Positions 27,833 to 36,335 of a DNA stretch of 41,800 nt are shown here, one piece after another (within the stretch, counting starts at the first letter, position 1; every line of letters starts with the position of its first letter). Under the pieces are notes generated by a model. It did no database searches. It had not been told where the DNA came from and saw only the letters and a program-made list of their open reading frames with translations. Source of the DNA: Acidimicrobiaceae bacterium. GTDB taxonomy: Bacteria > Actinomycetota > Acidimicrobiia > Acidimicrobiales > Microtrichaceae. The stretch covers positions 1-41,800 of the forward strand of contig JAYTFP010000017.1 of assembly GCA_043734285.1 (NCBI GenBank), in the 5' to 3' direction. A program made the translations under genes and the position numbers.

Positions 27833-30156
27833 TGACCGAGACCGTCGAGGCGCCGGCGCGCCGTTCGGTGAAGCGTCGGCGCAGCCACGTCACGCCGCAA
27901 CAGAACCTCGCCCTGGCGGTGGTGGTCACGCTCGCGGCTGTTGCGGCTGCGCTGGCGGATGCCGCGCCGACCGGGTACACAACACTCGATCTCGTCTACC
28001 GCGTGATCCTCGCGGTCGGCGTCACCGTCGCGGCATCGCGAGCTCGTCGGTGGAGCCTCGTGGTGGGCACCGCGCTCTGCGTCGCCGGGTCGTTGGGACT
28101 GCCGATGCTGGTCGCCGCCGTGGCGTTCATCGTGTCGGCGTACATGGTCGCGGCCGACAGCCGGAACCGAGTGATCGGCTCGTTGCTCGGCGCGCTGATC
28201 GTCTTCGGGAGCCTGCACCTCACACTCGACTGGTTCACGGGCTCGACGACGCTGCTCGGGGGCGCCGCGGTCTTCTGCGTGGTGCGGTCGGGATATCGCA
28301 ACACCGGATCCGCCGCCCGGAAGAATTGGCGACGCGCGATCGTCCTCCTGATCGTGTTCGTCGTGGCAGCGACCGTCCTCGCCGCCCTGGGCGCGCTGCT
28401 CTCCGCCAAGTCGCTCGAGGATGCGGTGAGTCGCACCAAGGAGGGGGTGGCGGCCGTCCACGACGGTCGCACGCCTGCCGCGGCGGTCGACTTCGAGGTG
28501 GCGTCGCACCACTTCGAAAGCGCCTCGGGCACGCTCGATGCCTGGTGGACGACGCCGGCGAAGTTCGTGCCGTTCGTCAGCCAGAACATGCACCTGGTCT
28601 CCGCCGTCAGTGAGGCCGGTCGTGACCTCACGCTCGCCGGCAAGCGAACCGCCTCTGAGGTCGACTACAACCAGTTGAGCAGCCACGACGGGGGAATCGA
28701 CCTCGCGGTGCTGAGCCGCCTCGCGGCCCCCGTGCTCGACGCGTCGAAGCACCTCGATCGCGCGATGGCCTCGGTGTCGCACCTCGAGTCACCCTGGCTC
28801 GTGGGGCTGCTGTCCGATCAGTTCGACGAGTTTCGCTCGCGGGTCGGTCAGTTGCAGCGCGAGGCGACGCTGGCGAAGTTCGGGATCACGAACGGCCCCG
28901 CCCTGCTCGGCTCGGGCGGTGCGCGCCGCTACCTGGTGCTCTTCGGGGACCCGGCGGAGGCGCGTGACATCGGCGGCCACATCGGCAACTGGTGCGAGCT
29001 GTCGGTCGACCATGGACACCTGTCACTCGTGCACGTCGGCACTCCGCTCGAGATCAGCCGGCGGGCGAGCGATCAGGAGTTGGCGCTCGACCCGAAGGGG
29101 TTCGACCCGAGCCTGATCTCGCCCCAGCCGGGCCGCTATCCGCAGAACTGGGGCGGCTCCCCCGACTTCCAGATGGACGCTCGTCTCGCCGCCGACCTCT
29201 ACCAACGAGCCAATCCGACCAAGCCGGTCGACGGGGTGCTCTACGCCGACCCGTACACGTTGGCCGCGATGTTGCGAGTCACCGGGCCGATGCAGGTGCC
29301 GGGGCTCGACCGCGTACTGCGCGCCGACGGGGCGGTGCAGTTCCTGACGCAGGGCCAGTTCACTGCGTTCGCGACCCAACACGAGGCCGACGACTCGTTG
29401 ACGGGGTTGATCCGCAACACCTTCGACGCGTTCACCAAGGTGCGGCTGCCGGGGCCGAAGAACTTCGCCGACCTGTTCGGCGACGTCGCGCGCCACGGTC
29501 GACTGAGATTCGTCTCGTTGCACGGCGACGATCACGCGTTGCTCGGTCGCCTCGGTCTCGACGCGGGCGTGCCCTTCGGCGACAGCGGCGACCTGCTCGG
29601 GGTCATCTCGCGAAACGGCAATCCGAACAAGCTCGATGCGTTCCTGCACCGGTCGTCGACGTATCAGGTGCGTTGGGATCCGGGGAGCGGCGAAGTGCAG
29701 GCGACGGCGTCGGTCGAGTTGAAGGCGGACCAACTCCCGCCGGGTCTGCCGACGTATGTGGTCGGCAACGAGCAGGCGCGGCCCCTGGGCACGAACGTCA
29801 CGGACCTCGCACTGATCAGCCCGTTCGAATTGACCGGCGTCACCGTCGACGGCGCTGAAGCGCAGGTGAGTCCTGTCTTCGACGGACGGTGGTGGCGCTA
29901 CATCGTGCGCATCGACGTGGCGCCGGGCCAGACACGACGCGTGGTGTTCCATCTCGAGGGCAATGTCGACACGGGCGATCACTACCGGCTCGCGATCATC
30001 GGCCAACCGTTGCTCCACGAGGGCCCCATCCACCTCGACCTGACGGCCTCGAGGAGTGAGATCGTGCCCGGACGGGGTATCGAGGTGGACGGAGGTCATG
30101 TCACCGCGAACGTGACGGATCAGGGCGTCACGGTGTTCGATGTGGTGGCGCAATAG
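27832..30156 (+). CDS. DUF4012 membrane protein
   Basis: It has an N-terminal multi-TM region followed by RRYLVLFGDPAEARDIGGHIGNW and DGVLYADPYTLAAMLRVTGPMQVPG. ATG 27832 follows GGAGAGG and shares 1 nt with the upstream TGA. GTG 27829 is an alternative. Confidence 0.75.
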   Translation: MTETVEAPARRSVKRRRSHVTPQQNLALAVVVTLAAVAAALADAAPTGYTTLDLVYRVILAVGVTVAASRARRWSLVVGTALCVAGSLGLPMLVAAVAFIVSAYMVAADSRNRVIGSLLGALIVFGSLHLTLDWFTGSTTLLGGAAVFCVVRSGYRNTGSAARKNWRRAIVLLIVFVVAATVLAALGALLSAKSLEDAVSRTKEGVAAVHDGRTPAAAVDFEVASHHFESASGTLDAWWTTPAKFVPFVSQNMHLVSAVSEAGRDLTLAGKRTASEVDYNQLSSHDGGIDLAVLSRLAAPVLDASKHLDRAMASVSHLESPWLVGLLSDQFDEFRSRVGQLQREATLAKFGITNGPALLGSGGARRYLVLFGDPAEARDIGGHIGNWCELSVDHGHLSLVHVGTPLEISRRASDQELALDPKGFDPSLISPQPGRYPQNWGGSPDFQMDARLAADLYQRANPTKPVDGVLYADPYTLAAMLRVTGPMQVPGLDRVLRADGAVQFLTQGQFTAFATQHEADDSLTGLIRNTFDAFTKVRLPGPKNFADLFGDVARHGRLRFVSLHGDDHALLGRLGLDAGVPFGDSGDLLGVISRNGNPNKLDAFLHRSSTYQVRWDPGSGEVQATASVELKADQLPPGLPTYVVGNEQARPLGTNVTDLALISPFELTGVTVDGAEAQVSPVFDGRWWRYIVRIDVAPGQTRRVVFHLEGNVDTGDHYRLAIIGQPLLHEGPIHLDLTASRSEIVPGRGIEVDGGHVTANVTDQGVTVFDVVAQ

Positions 30157-30275
30157 TCTGTGACAGTGCACGGCGTCACTTTCCGACTGGACGCCGCCGC
30201 CCAAAACAGGGAACATGGACGGTCCAGAAGATTTGACGCTTCGGGTTTCTGGGCCTCGTCGCGATGGATGGGTAC

Positions 30276-31685
30276 ATGAAGGTTTCAAGGGTTCTTCGTT
30301 CGCTGGTGGGTCTGTGTCTGGTCGCGTTCGGCCTGATGCTCGGTCCACTCCTGTCCTCCGGCACGTTCGCCGGCGCTGCGGTGTCGGGCGGCGACAACGG
30401 TCACGGCTCGTCGTCGAGTGCCCCCTCGTCGAGCCATCCCTCCTCCAGCGCGCCTTCCTCGAGTGCGCCGTCGAGCAGCCATCCGTCGTCGAGTGCTCCC
30501 GCGACGACCGCACAAGTCACCACGACCACACACGCGTCGTCGACCACTGAGCCGTCGACCAGCCATCCCACGACGAGTCACCCGACGACCACGGTGCAGA
30601 CCGGTGGCGGCTCCGACTGCCACGACTACACCCCGCACGATCTCGCGATCAGCGTCCCGCAGGCGTTCCCGGGCCAGGTCGTCACCATCACCGGTATCGG
30701 TTCGCCCGGTGACACGGTCACCATTCGCATCTCGACCCTCGGCGGCCCGCCGATCGTGCTCGGCACGACCGTTGTCAACGCGAGCGGCTTCTTCAGCACC
30801 TCGATCACCATCCCGGCGAGTCTCACGCCGGGCACCTATCAGGTGAGTGTGACCTCGTCGCAGTGCCCCGACCCCTCCACCATCACGCTCGTCGTGCGGG
30901 CCGAGAACGTCGCCTGCCACGACCGATTGACCGTTCGTGCGCACCGAGGCGAGACGGTCACGTGGACGCTGCAGGGCGATTTCGACCACTCGAAGCCGAT
31001 CACCGTCGTGCTGGTGCCCGTGCGCCCCGGCCCGTCGATCGTCGTCTACACCGGTGCCTACCCGTCGAGCGGCAGCGTCACCTTCACGCTCTCGTCGACG
31101 ATCCGTCTCGGCCAGTACCGCATCCTCGAGACCGGCACGGGTCACAACGGCAAGCCGCGTTCGGCCCGTTGCGGTCGTCTGATCGTCCGCAGAGGCGGCG
31201 GTGGTGGCTCGTCGACCACCTCGTCGTCGACCACCTCGTCGTCGACCCCGTCGAGTTCGACTCCGTCCAGCTCGACCCCGTCGTCCACCACGTCCACGTC
31301 CACAACGTCCACGTCGACAACGTCGACCACGTCGACCACCTCGACGAGCGTTCCTGAGCAGACGACGACCACATCTGCGACCACGACCACTCACCCCGAC
31401 GGGACGACGACGAGCACGAGTACGACCACCAGCTCCACGACGACCACCGTGGCCGCCAGCTCGACGACCTCGACCAGCGTCCCGAGCAGCGTGCTCGGCA
31501 CCGACGTCGAGCGTGGGGCCAGCCAGGTGGGCAGCAACACGACGCCGACGAACGTGCTGGGCAACAACGTCAACCGGCCGCTCGCCAACACCGGTGCGAC
31601 GGTTCGGCCATACATCGCGATCGGCGTGGCGCTCATCGCCTTCGGCGCCCTGCTGCTGCTCGGTCGACGTCGTCGGGAAGACTGA
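30276..31685 (+). CDS. Sortase-anchored (LAxTG) Ser/Thr-rich surface protein with two Ig-like domains
   Basis: The signal peptide is MKVSRVLRSLVGLCLVAFGLMLGPLLSSGTFAGA. The C-terminus is LANTG, then a hydrophobic helix, then RRRRED. Two beta-rich domains are each bracketed by Cys residues. Confidence 0.8.
   Translation: MKVSRVLRSLVGLCLVAFGLMLGPLLSSGTFAGAAVSGGDNGHGSSSSAPSSSHPSSSAPSSSAPSSSHPSSSAPATTAQVTTTTHASSTTEPSTSHPTTSHPTTTVQTGGGSDCHDYTPHDLAISVPQAFPGQVVTITGIGSPGDTVTIRISTLGGPPIVLGTTVVNASGFFSTSITIPASLTPGTYQVSVTSSQCPDPSTITLVVRAENVACHDRLTVRAHRGETVTWTLQGDFDHSKPITVVLVPVRPGPSIVVYTGAYPSSGSVTFTLSSTIRLGQYRILETGTGHNGKPRSARCGRLIVRRGGGGGSSTTSSSTTSSSTPSSSTPSSSTPSSTTSTSTTSTSTTSTTSTTSTSVPEQTTTTSATTTTHPDGTTTSTSTTTSSTTTTVAASSTTSTSVPSSVLGTDVERGASQVGSNTTPTNVLGNNVNRPLANTGATVRPYIAIGVALIAFGALLLLGRRRRED
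30408..30594 (+). repeat. Ser/Pro/Thr-coding low-complexity repeat (SSSAPSSSHP units)
   Basis: Reiterated TCGTCGAG/CCATCC-type units encode SSSSAPSSSHPSSSAPSSSAPSSSHPSSSAP...TSHPTTSHPTT. Confidence 0.8.
31208..31478 (+). repeat. Ser/Thr-coding low-complexity repeat (TCGTCGTCGACCACC-type units)
   Basis: Imperfect tandem 9-15 bp units encode SSTTSSSTTSSSTPSSSTPSSSTPSSTTSTSTTSTSTTSTTSTTS... Confidence 0.8.
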
Positions 31686-31736
31686 GCGCATCCGTCGGGT
31701 TGTTGAGGCGATGACACGCCTGGACAGGAGCACGAC

Positions 31737-32708
31737 ATGCCTTCAGTCACCGCCGACACGCTGACCCTTCCGCGCCGCGCCGCGATCGACCCCACGTCAC
31801 GGTCGCGCTCGGTCGCATCGCTCACGTCCGCACCCGCCGGTTTCGAGGGCGAGGGGTTCCCGGTGCGCCGAGCGTTTGCCGGCGTGCCCCATTCCGTGCT
31901 CGACCCGTTCATCCACATGGATCAGATGGGATCGGTCGAGTACGCGCCGGGTGAGCCGCGGGGCACCTCATGGCATCCGCACCGCGGCTTCGAGACGGTC
32001 ACCTACATGATCGACGGGGCGATGCAGCACCAGGACTCGAACGGTGGCGGCGGGCTCATCCGTGACGGCGCGACGCAGTGGATGACCGCCGGCGGCGGTA
32101 TCCTGCACATCGAGACACCACCGGAGGCGCTGGTGCGCAGCGGCGGGACATTCCACGGCATCCAGCTGTGGGTGAACCTGCCGTCGAGCCAGAAGATGAT
32201 CTCGCCCGCGTACCAGGGCCTCGAGGCGAGCGACGTGGCCATGCTGTCGTCGACTGACGGCGGTGCCCTGATCAGGATCATCGCCGGCGACCTCGCCGGT
32301 CATCGCGGCCCCGGTTCGACCCGCACACCGATCGCGATGCTGCATGTCACGCTCGCTGCAGGCGCCCGAGTCGAACTCCCCTGGCGACGCGACTTCAACG
32401 CGCTGGTCTACGTCATGTCCGGGCGTGGCAGTGTCGGCGCCGCGGAGACGTTGATCGCAGACGGCCAGCTGGCGGTCCTCGTGGACGGTGATCATCTGAC
32501 GATCTCGGCTGCGGCCGAGCAGGGCTCGCCGAGCCCGAGTCTCGAGTTGCTCGTGCTCGGCGGCGCACCGATCGGCGAGCCGGTCGCGGCGCACGGTCCC
32601 TTCGTGATGAACACGCGAGCCGAGTTGGTCACGGCGATCGACGACTTCCAGGCAGGTCGGCTCGGCCAGGTGCCGGTCGGCGCGCTCATGCCGTTCACGG
32701 CACCGTGA
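31737..32708 (+). CDS. Pirin family protein
   Basis: The cupin metal motif WHPHRGFETVTYMIDG and the motifs QWMTAGGGILHIE and GIQLWVNLP are present. Confidence 0.9.
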   Translation: MPSVTADTLTLPRRAAIDPTSRSRSVASLTSAPAGFEGEGFPVRRAFAGVPHSVLDPFIHMDQMGSVEYAPGEPRGTSWHPHRGFETVTYMIDGAMQHQDSNGGGGLIRDGATQWMTAGGGILHIETPPEALVRSGGTFHGIQLWVNLPSSQKMISPAYQGLEASDVAMLSSTDGGALIRIIAGDLAGHRGPGSTRTPIAMLHVTLAAGARVELPWRRDFNALVYVMSGRGSVGAAETLIADGQLAVLVDGDHLTISAAAEQGSPSPSLELLVLGGAPIGEPVAAHGPFVMNTRAELVTAIDDFQAGRLGQVPVGALMPFTAP

Positions 32709-32739
32709 CACAGCGCCCACGCCGATGTGGTGAGATGGC

Positions 32740-33333
32740 ATGGTGAGTTCCGCCTTTCCGTTCCATGTGCCCCAGGGCATCACCGACGTGGAGGAGTGGC
32801 TGGCGCACCACGGCTTCGAGCAGATCGAACAATCCGGCAAGAGCACGATGGCCGCCGAGGCGCGGTTCAAGAATGGCGACGGCCTGGTGATCCGTCTGAT
32901 CGCCGACCGGGGCTACTGGGAGTCCCACATCGTGTTCCCCTCCGGCTTCTGGACACACGCCGTGACCGCGGCGCTGCTGAGCCGCGACGAGCGTGTGGCG
33001 AAGGCGTGGGACGCCTACCAGCCCCGCGCGTCGAAGGCGTTCGACTACGCGAGCGACCTGCGTCAGGCGATTCTGTGGATCTACACGACCGAAGGCCCCG
33101 AGTTGCAACTGCATGCCGAGCACGCCCGCCAGCGCGACGTGGCGAATCTGAACCTGCCCCTCGCTCCTCTCGCCGTGAGTGAGCCGGCAACCCCCGGTGA
33201 TCCCGATGACGTGGTCGATGAGGTGGTCGAGGACGTCGTGGTACTCGACGAGCCCGCGGGCGAGGTCGTCGACCTCGTGGTCAACGAACCACGAGCGGGC
33301 GGTCTCCTCGGTCGATTCCGCCGCGGTCGCTGA
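32740..33333 (+). CDS. Hypothetical protein with an acidic Val/Asp/Glu-rich C-terminal tail
   Basis: GC3 is good. I recognise no motif. The tail reads DPDDVVDEVVEDVVVLDEPAGEVVDLVV. Confidence 0.5.
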   Translation: MVSSAFPFHVPQGITDVEEWLAHHGFEQIEQSGKSTMAAEARFKNGDGLVIRLIADRGYWESHIVFPSGFWTHAVTAALLSRDERVAKAWDAYQPRASKAFDYASDLRQAILWIYTTEGPELQLHAEHARQRDVANLNLPLAPLAVSEPATPGDPDDVVDEVVEDVVVLDEPAGEVVDLVVNEPRAGGLLGRFRRGR

Positions 33334-33334
33334 A

Positions 33335-34960
33335 TCAGCGTGGCTGTGGGCGGGCGACCACGCGCAGCAGATGGGGATCCGGCGAGGTGAAGCCGCGTTG
33401 TCGGTCCTGGGCGCGCTGGTGTTCCCAGTTCGCGAGCTTCATGTAGGGCCGGCCCGAGAACTCCAGCACATCGAGCGGCTCGAGACCCGCCGCCTCGAGC
33501 AGGTGGTGGATCGATTCTGCTGTGAAGTGCGAGACGTGGAACTCGAAGCTCCATCCGATCCAGTCGAGATCGGGGATCTCGGCGGCGCGGCAGCCGTAGT
33601 TGGGCACTTCGATCAGCAGGCATCCGTTGTCGTCGAGCAGTGATCGGCACTGTGCGAGGACTGCGACGGGATCGTCGACGTGCTCGAGGCAGTGGAACAT
33701 CGTGATCACATCGAGCGTGAAGCCGCTGAACTCTTCCTGCCAATCGTCGAGCGTGCCGGTGAGCACCTCGGCCCCGTGGTCGCGTGCGGCGGCGGCGGCC
33801 CATTCGCTGGGCTCTGCGCCGTAGGCCTCGTAGCCCTCGTCGCTGGCCACGCTCACGAACTCTCCCGTTGCGGCGCCCACCTCGAGCACGAGACCTTCAG
33901 GCTTCCACGTCTTCATCCAGTCGACGCGCAGACGCGCCTCGGCGAGCCAGCGTGAGCGCAATGTCTCGCGCGAGTCGGCGTAGCCGCTGACGAAGATGTC
34001 CTCCGAGGCGATGTCAGCAGCAGGAGGAGGCCAGGTGCACCCGTGGCCGCACGACTCGCAGTCGACGATCGGCAACGTGGGACGACGGTCGCGCAGGGTC
34101 GTCGCGCCGCACGCCGGGCACGCGTCGGGGGCGGGCGCCGACACGTCGATCGAGATCGCGGCGGCGCTCTCGGGTGACGCGTCGGCGCCTGACGAGAGGC
34201 GGCCGGTGGCATTACGGACGAGACGTCGGAGCTCGAAGAACCCGGGCTCGAACGCCTTGGCGACCCGTTCGCGGCGCTCGACCAGCGCCTTGACCCGGGG
34301 TGACCGCTCGACGAGCCGCGGACCGCGCAGGACCGACTTCCACTTCGCCTCGAATCGGCGTTCGACCTCGTCGAACTCGGGCTTCACGCCGTCGCCGGCC
34401 GATTCGTGGAACAGCCAGAACGGCTCGACGACCACGCGGAGGCCCGCACGCCGACAACTGAGGCAGTAGTCGGCGTCGTAGCCGTGGAATCCGGTGATCA
34501 GCTCCTCGTCGAAGCGGACGCTCTCCATCGCGGCCCGGCTCAGCACCATCAAGAGCCCGTCGACGGCGTCGGCCTCGCCGCGCATCTGACCGAAGTGCTG
34601 GTAGCCGCCGCTGTCCCAGATGCGCCCGACCCGCGGGTGGCCTTCCCAGTACTTCATGTTCCGCAGGTTCTGCGCGCCGACGACCCCGACGACCCCGATG
34701 TCGGGGTCGCGGAGCAGTCGCTCGACGCGGGCGACGAAGTTGCGGTCCTCGATCAGCACGTCGTCGTGCACGAGGACCAGCGCGGTCGCGTCGGGATCGG
34801 CGAGTGCCTCGTCGATCATCTCGTTGTATGCGACAGCGATGGAAGGCGCGCCCCGGCGGGTGAGCACCGCACTGGGCGAGGAGCAGATGGCCTGGATCGA
34901 CGGGCCTGCGAGGCGGTCGTAATCGTCGTCGGGGCCGACACAGGTGCCGAAATAGATCAT
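33335..34960 (-). CDS. Fusion protein: glycosyltransferase-like (Glyco_tranf_2_5-like) domain, Cys4 zinc ribbon, class I SAM methyltransferase
   Basis: ATG 34960 follows GAGGAGAG; the listed ORF start 35062 is an extension. The N-terminal part shows VLVHDDVLI...DGLLMVLSRAA...FHGYDADYCL. The ribbon is CPACG...CESCGHGC. The C-terminal part shows LVLEVGAATGEF...FHCLEHVDDP. Confidence 0.78.
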   Translation of the reverse strand: MIYFGTCVGPDDDYDRLAGPSIQAICSSPSAVLTRRGAPSIAVAYNEMIDEALADPDATALVLVHDDVLIEDRNFVARVERLLRDPDIGVVGVVGAQNLRNMKYWEGHPRVGRIWDSGGYQHFGQMRGEADAVDGLLMVLSRAAMESVRFDEELITGFHGYDADYCLSCRRAGLRVVVEPFWLFHESAGDGVKPEFDEVERRFEAKWKSVLRGPRLVERSPRVKALVERRERVAKAFEPGFFELRRLVRNATGRLSSGADASPESAAAISIDVSAPAPDACPACGATTLRDRRPTLPIVDCESCGHGCTWPPPAADIASEDIFVSGYADSRETLRSRWLAEARLRVDWMKTWKPEGLVLEVGAATGEFVSVASDEGYEAYGAEPSEWAAAAARDHGAEVLTGTLDDWQEEFSGFTLDVITMFHCLEHVDDPVAVLAQCRSLLDDNGCLLIEVPNYGCRAAEIPDLDWIGWSFEFHVSHFTAESIHHLLEAAGLEPLDVLEFSGRPYMKLANWEHQRAQDRQRGFTSPDPHLLRVVARPQPR

Positions 34961-34991
34961 CTGGTCTCTCCTCGCGTTGGGCGCAATGTTG

Positions 34992-35444
34992 TCACGAGTC
35001 GTTGTGCTCGATGAACTGCTCGCGTCCACGGTCGAGGACCCAGTCGTGTCCCCAGCGGACAACGGGCCGCGCGAACAGCCCGGCGACGCGCAACCAACGG
35101 TCCTTCGGAGCGAGATCGGAGATCAGGCGGGCGTGACAGGTTCGTCGCGACGTCGGGTCGATCACGAGGCGGGCCGATCCTTCGACATCACCCGTGACCC
35201 GCGCCGTCACTGCCTTCAGCGGGGTGACCTCCTCGAGGTGCACGGTGAATCGGACGACGTAGGGGAGGGGTGGCGACACTTCACACCGCCATGTCGCGCC
35301 GGAGACGAAGCCGTCGCCTCGGTCGAACTGTTGCAACCACGGCCACCAGTCGGCATAGCGGTCGGTGGCGGTGATGTCGTTCCACAGTTGCCGGGCCGTC
35401 ATGTCGAACGCCCAGTCGCGGTCGGAGCGGATCGGTTGGATCAC
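34992..35444 (-). CDS. SRPBCC (START/polyketide-cyclase-like) family protein
   Basis: Pattern ARQLWNDITATDRYADWWPWL is present. GTG 35444 is chosen because the listed start 35555 would overlap the upstream gene by 35 nt. ATG 35402 is an alternative. Confidence 0.6.
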   Translation of the reverse strand: MIQPIRSDRDWAFDMTARQLWNDITATDRYADWWPWLQQFDRGDGFVSGATWRCEVSPPLPYVVRFTVHLEEVTPLKAVTARVTGDVEGSARLVIDPTSRRTCHARLISDLAPKDRWLRVAGLFARPVVRWGHDWVLDRGREQFIEHNDS

Positions 35445-35520
35445 GTCGTCACTGTTGCACGCGCGGACGGGGCCCAGGTCACCCCGGGCCCCGTCGTGTG
35501 CGTGATTCGTTCGGCGTCGG

Positions 35521-36195
35521 TCAGAGCGCTGCGAGTGCGTCGCTCGCCTGCACACCGAGATCGTGCGCTGCGACCAGGTCGGTCTTGACCTGCTCGAAGA
35601 TCGCGTTCACGGCGGCGTGATCCGCGTTGTACTGCGCCGGGGTCACGGCCGACACGGCGGTGATCGCCGCATCGAGATGGGTCTTCGCGTCGGCAGCGAG
35701 CGCCTCGGCGGCCGTGGTGTCCTTGCCTGCGGCCTTCGCCGTGGCGATGTTGGCGCTCAGCGTGTCACCGAGGTCGCCGAGCTGGTCGGCGCGGACGGTG
35801 AGGAACAGCTGCGGGATGACCACGGCGTAGACCCGGTTGTCGAGGTAGACGGCCAGGCAGGCCATGTTGAGCGCCGGCCGGGTCGTCGCGTTGTTGATCG
35901 CGGGCCGGTTGACCGTGTTGAGGTTCGAGATGACCGAATCGATGCCGGCGCGCTCGGTGTCGACCTGGGCAGCGGTCAGGTGGTGCACCTGGCCGACCCG
36001 GATGCGGGCGAGGCCGAGGCTGAAGATGCGCTTGTCGATCTCGAAGTCGCAGAGGCGCTTCTGGGCGGTGAGCCCGCGGGCGACCCGTGCCGGGGGTCGT
36101 CGATCGACCGAGGCCGATGCTGGGAGTGTGCAGACACCGAGGGCGGTGGCGGCGATGCCGATCGTGGCGAAGATGCGGGTGGTGCGGAGGTTCAT
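35521..36195 (-). CDS. Secreted helical hypothetical protein
   Basis: ATG 36195 follows AAAGGA. The signal peptide is MNLRTTRIFATIGIAATALGVCTLPASA, and the mature part is Ala-rich. Confidence 0.6.
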   Translation of the reverse strand: MNLRTTRIFATIGIAATALGVCTLPASASVDRRPPARVARGLTAQKRLCDFEIDKRIFSLGLARIRVGQVHHLTAAQVDTERAGIDSVISNLNTVNRPAINNATTRPALNMACLAVYLDNRVYAVVIPQLFLTVRADQLGDLGDTLSANIATAKAAGKDTTAAEALAADAKTHLDAAITAVSAVTPAQYNADHAAVNAIFEQVKTDLVAAHDLGVQASDALAAL

Positions 36196-36335
36196 CTGAC
36201 TGTCCTTTCGTGACACAACCGGCGTCTCCAGCTGCTGCACTAGTTATCGCCCCGACATGTGAGGAAGGTGTGAGCCCGCGGCGATGGCGGTGTGAGCATC
36301 GGCGGATGGATGACGCGACTGTAGGGTGACGCCTG

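Noticed and set aside
30408-31478. Whether the short tandem DNA repeats could be a CRISPR array or a non-coding VNTR
   Set aside because: The units are 9-15 bp, contiguous and without spacers. They stay in frame and encode Ser/Thr/Pro tracts of one surface protein. There is no repeat-spacer periodicity and there are no cas genes.
29023-31733. Minus-strand ORFs of 496 aa and 482 aa antisense to the DUF4012 and LAxTG genes
   Set aside because: They are Arg/Gly-rich mirror translations of Ser/Thr/Asp-rich coding sequence. No start context or motifs are present.
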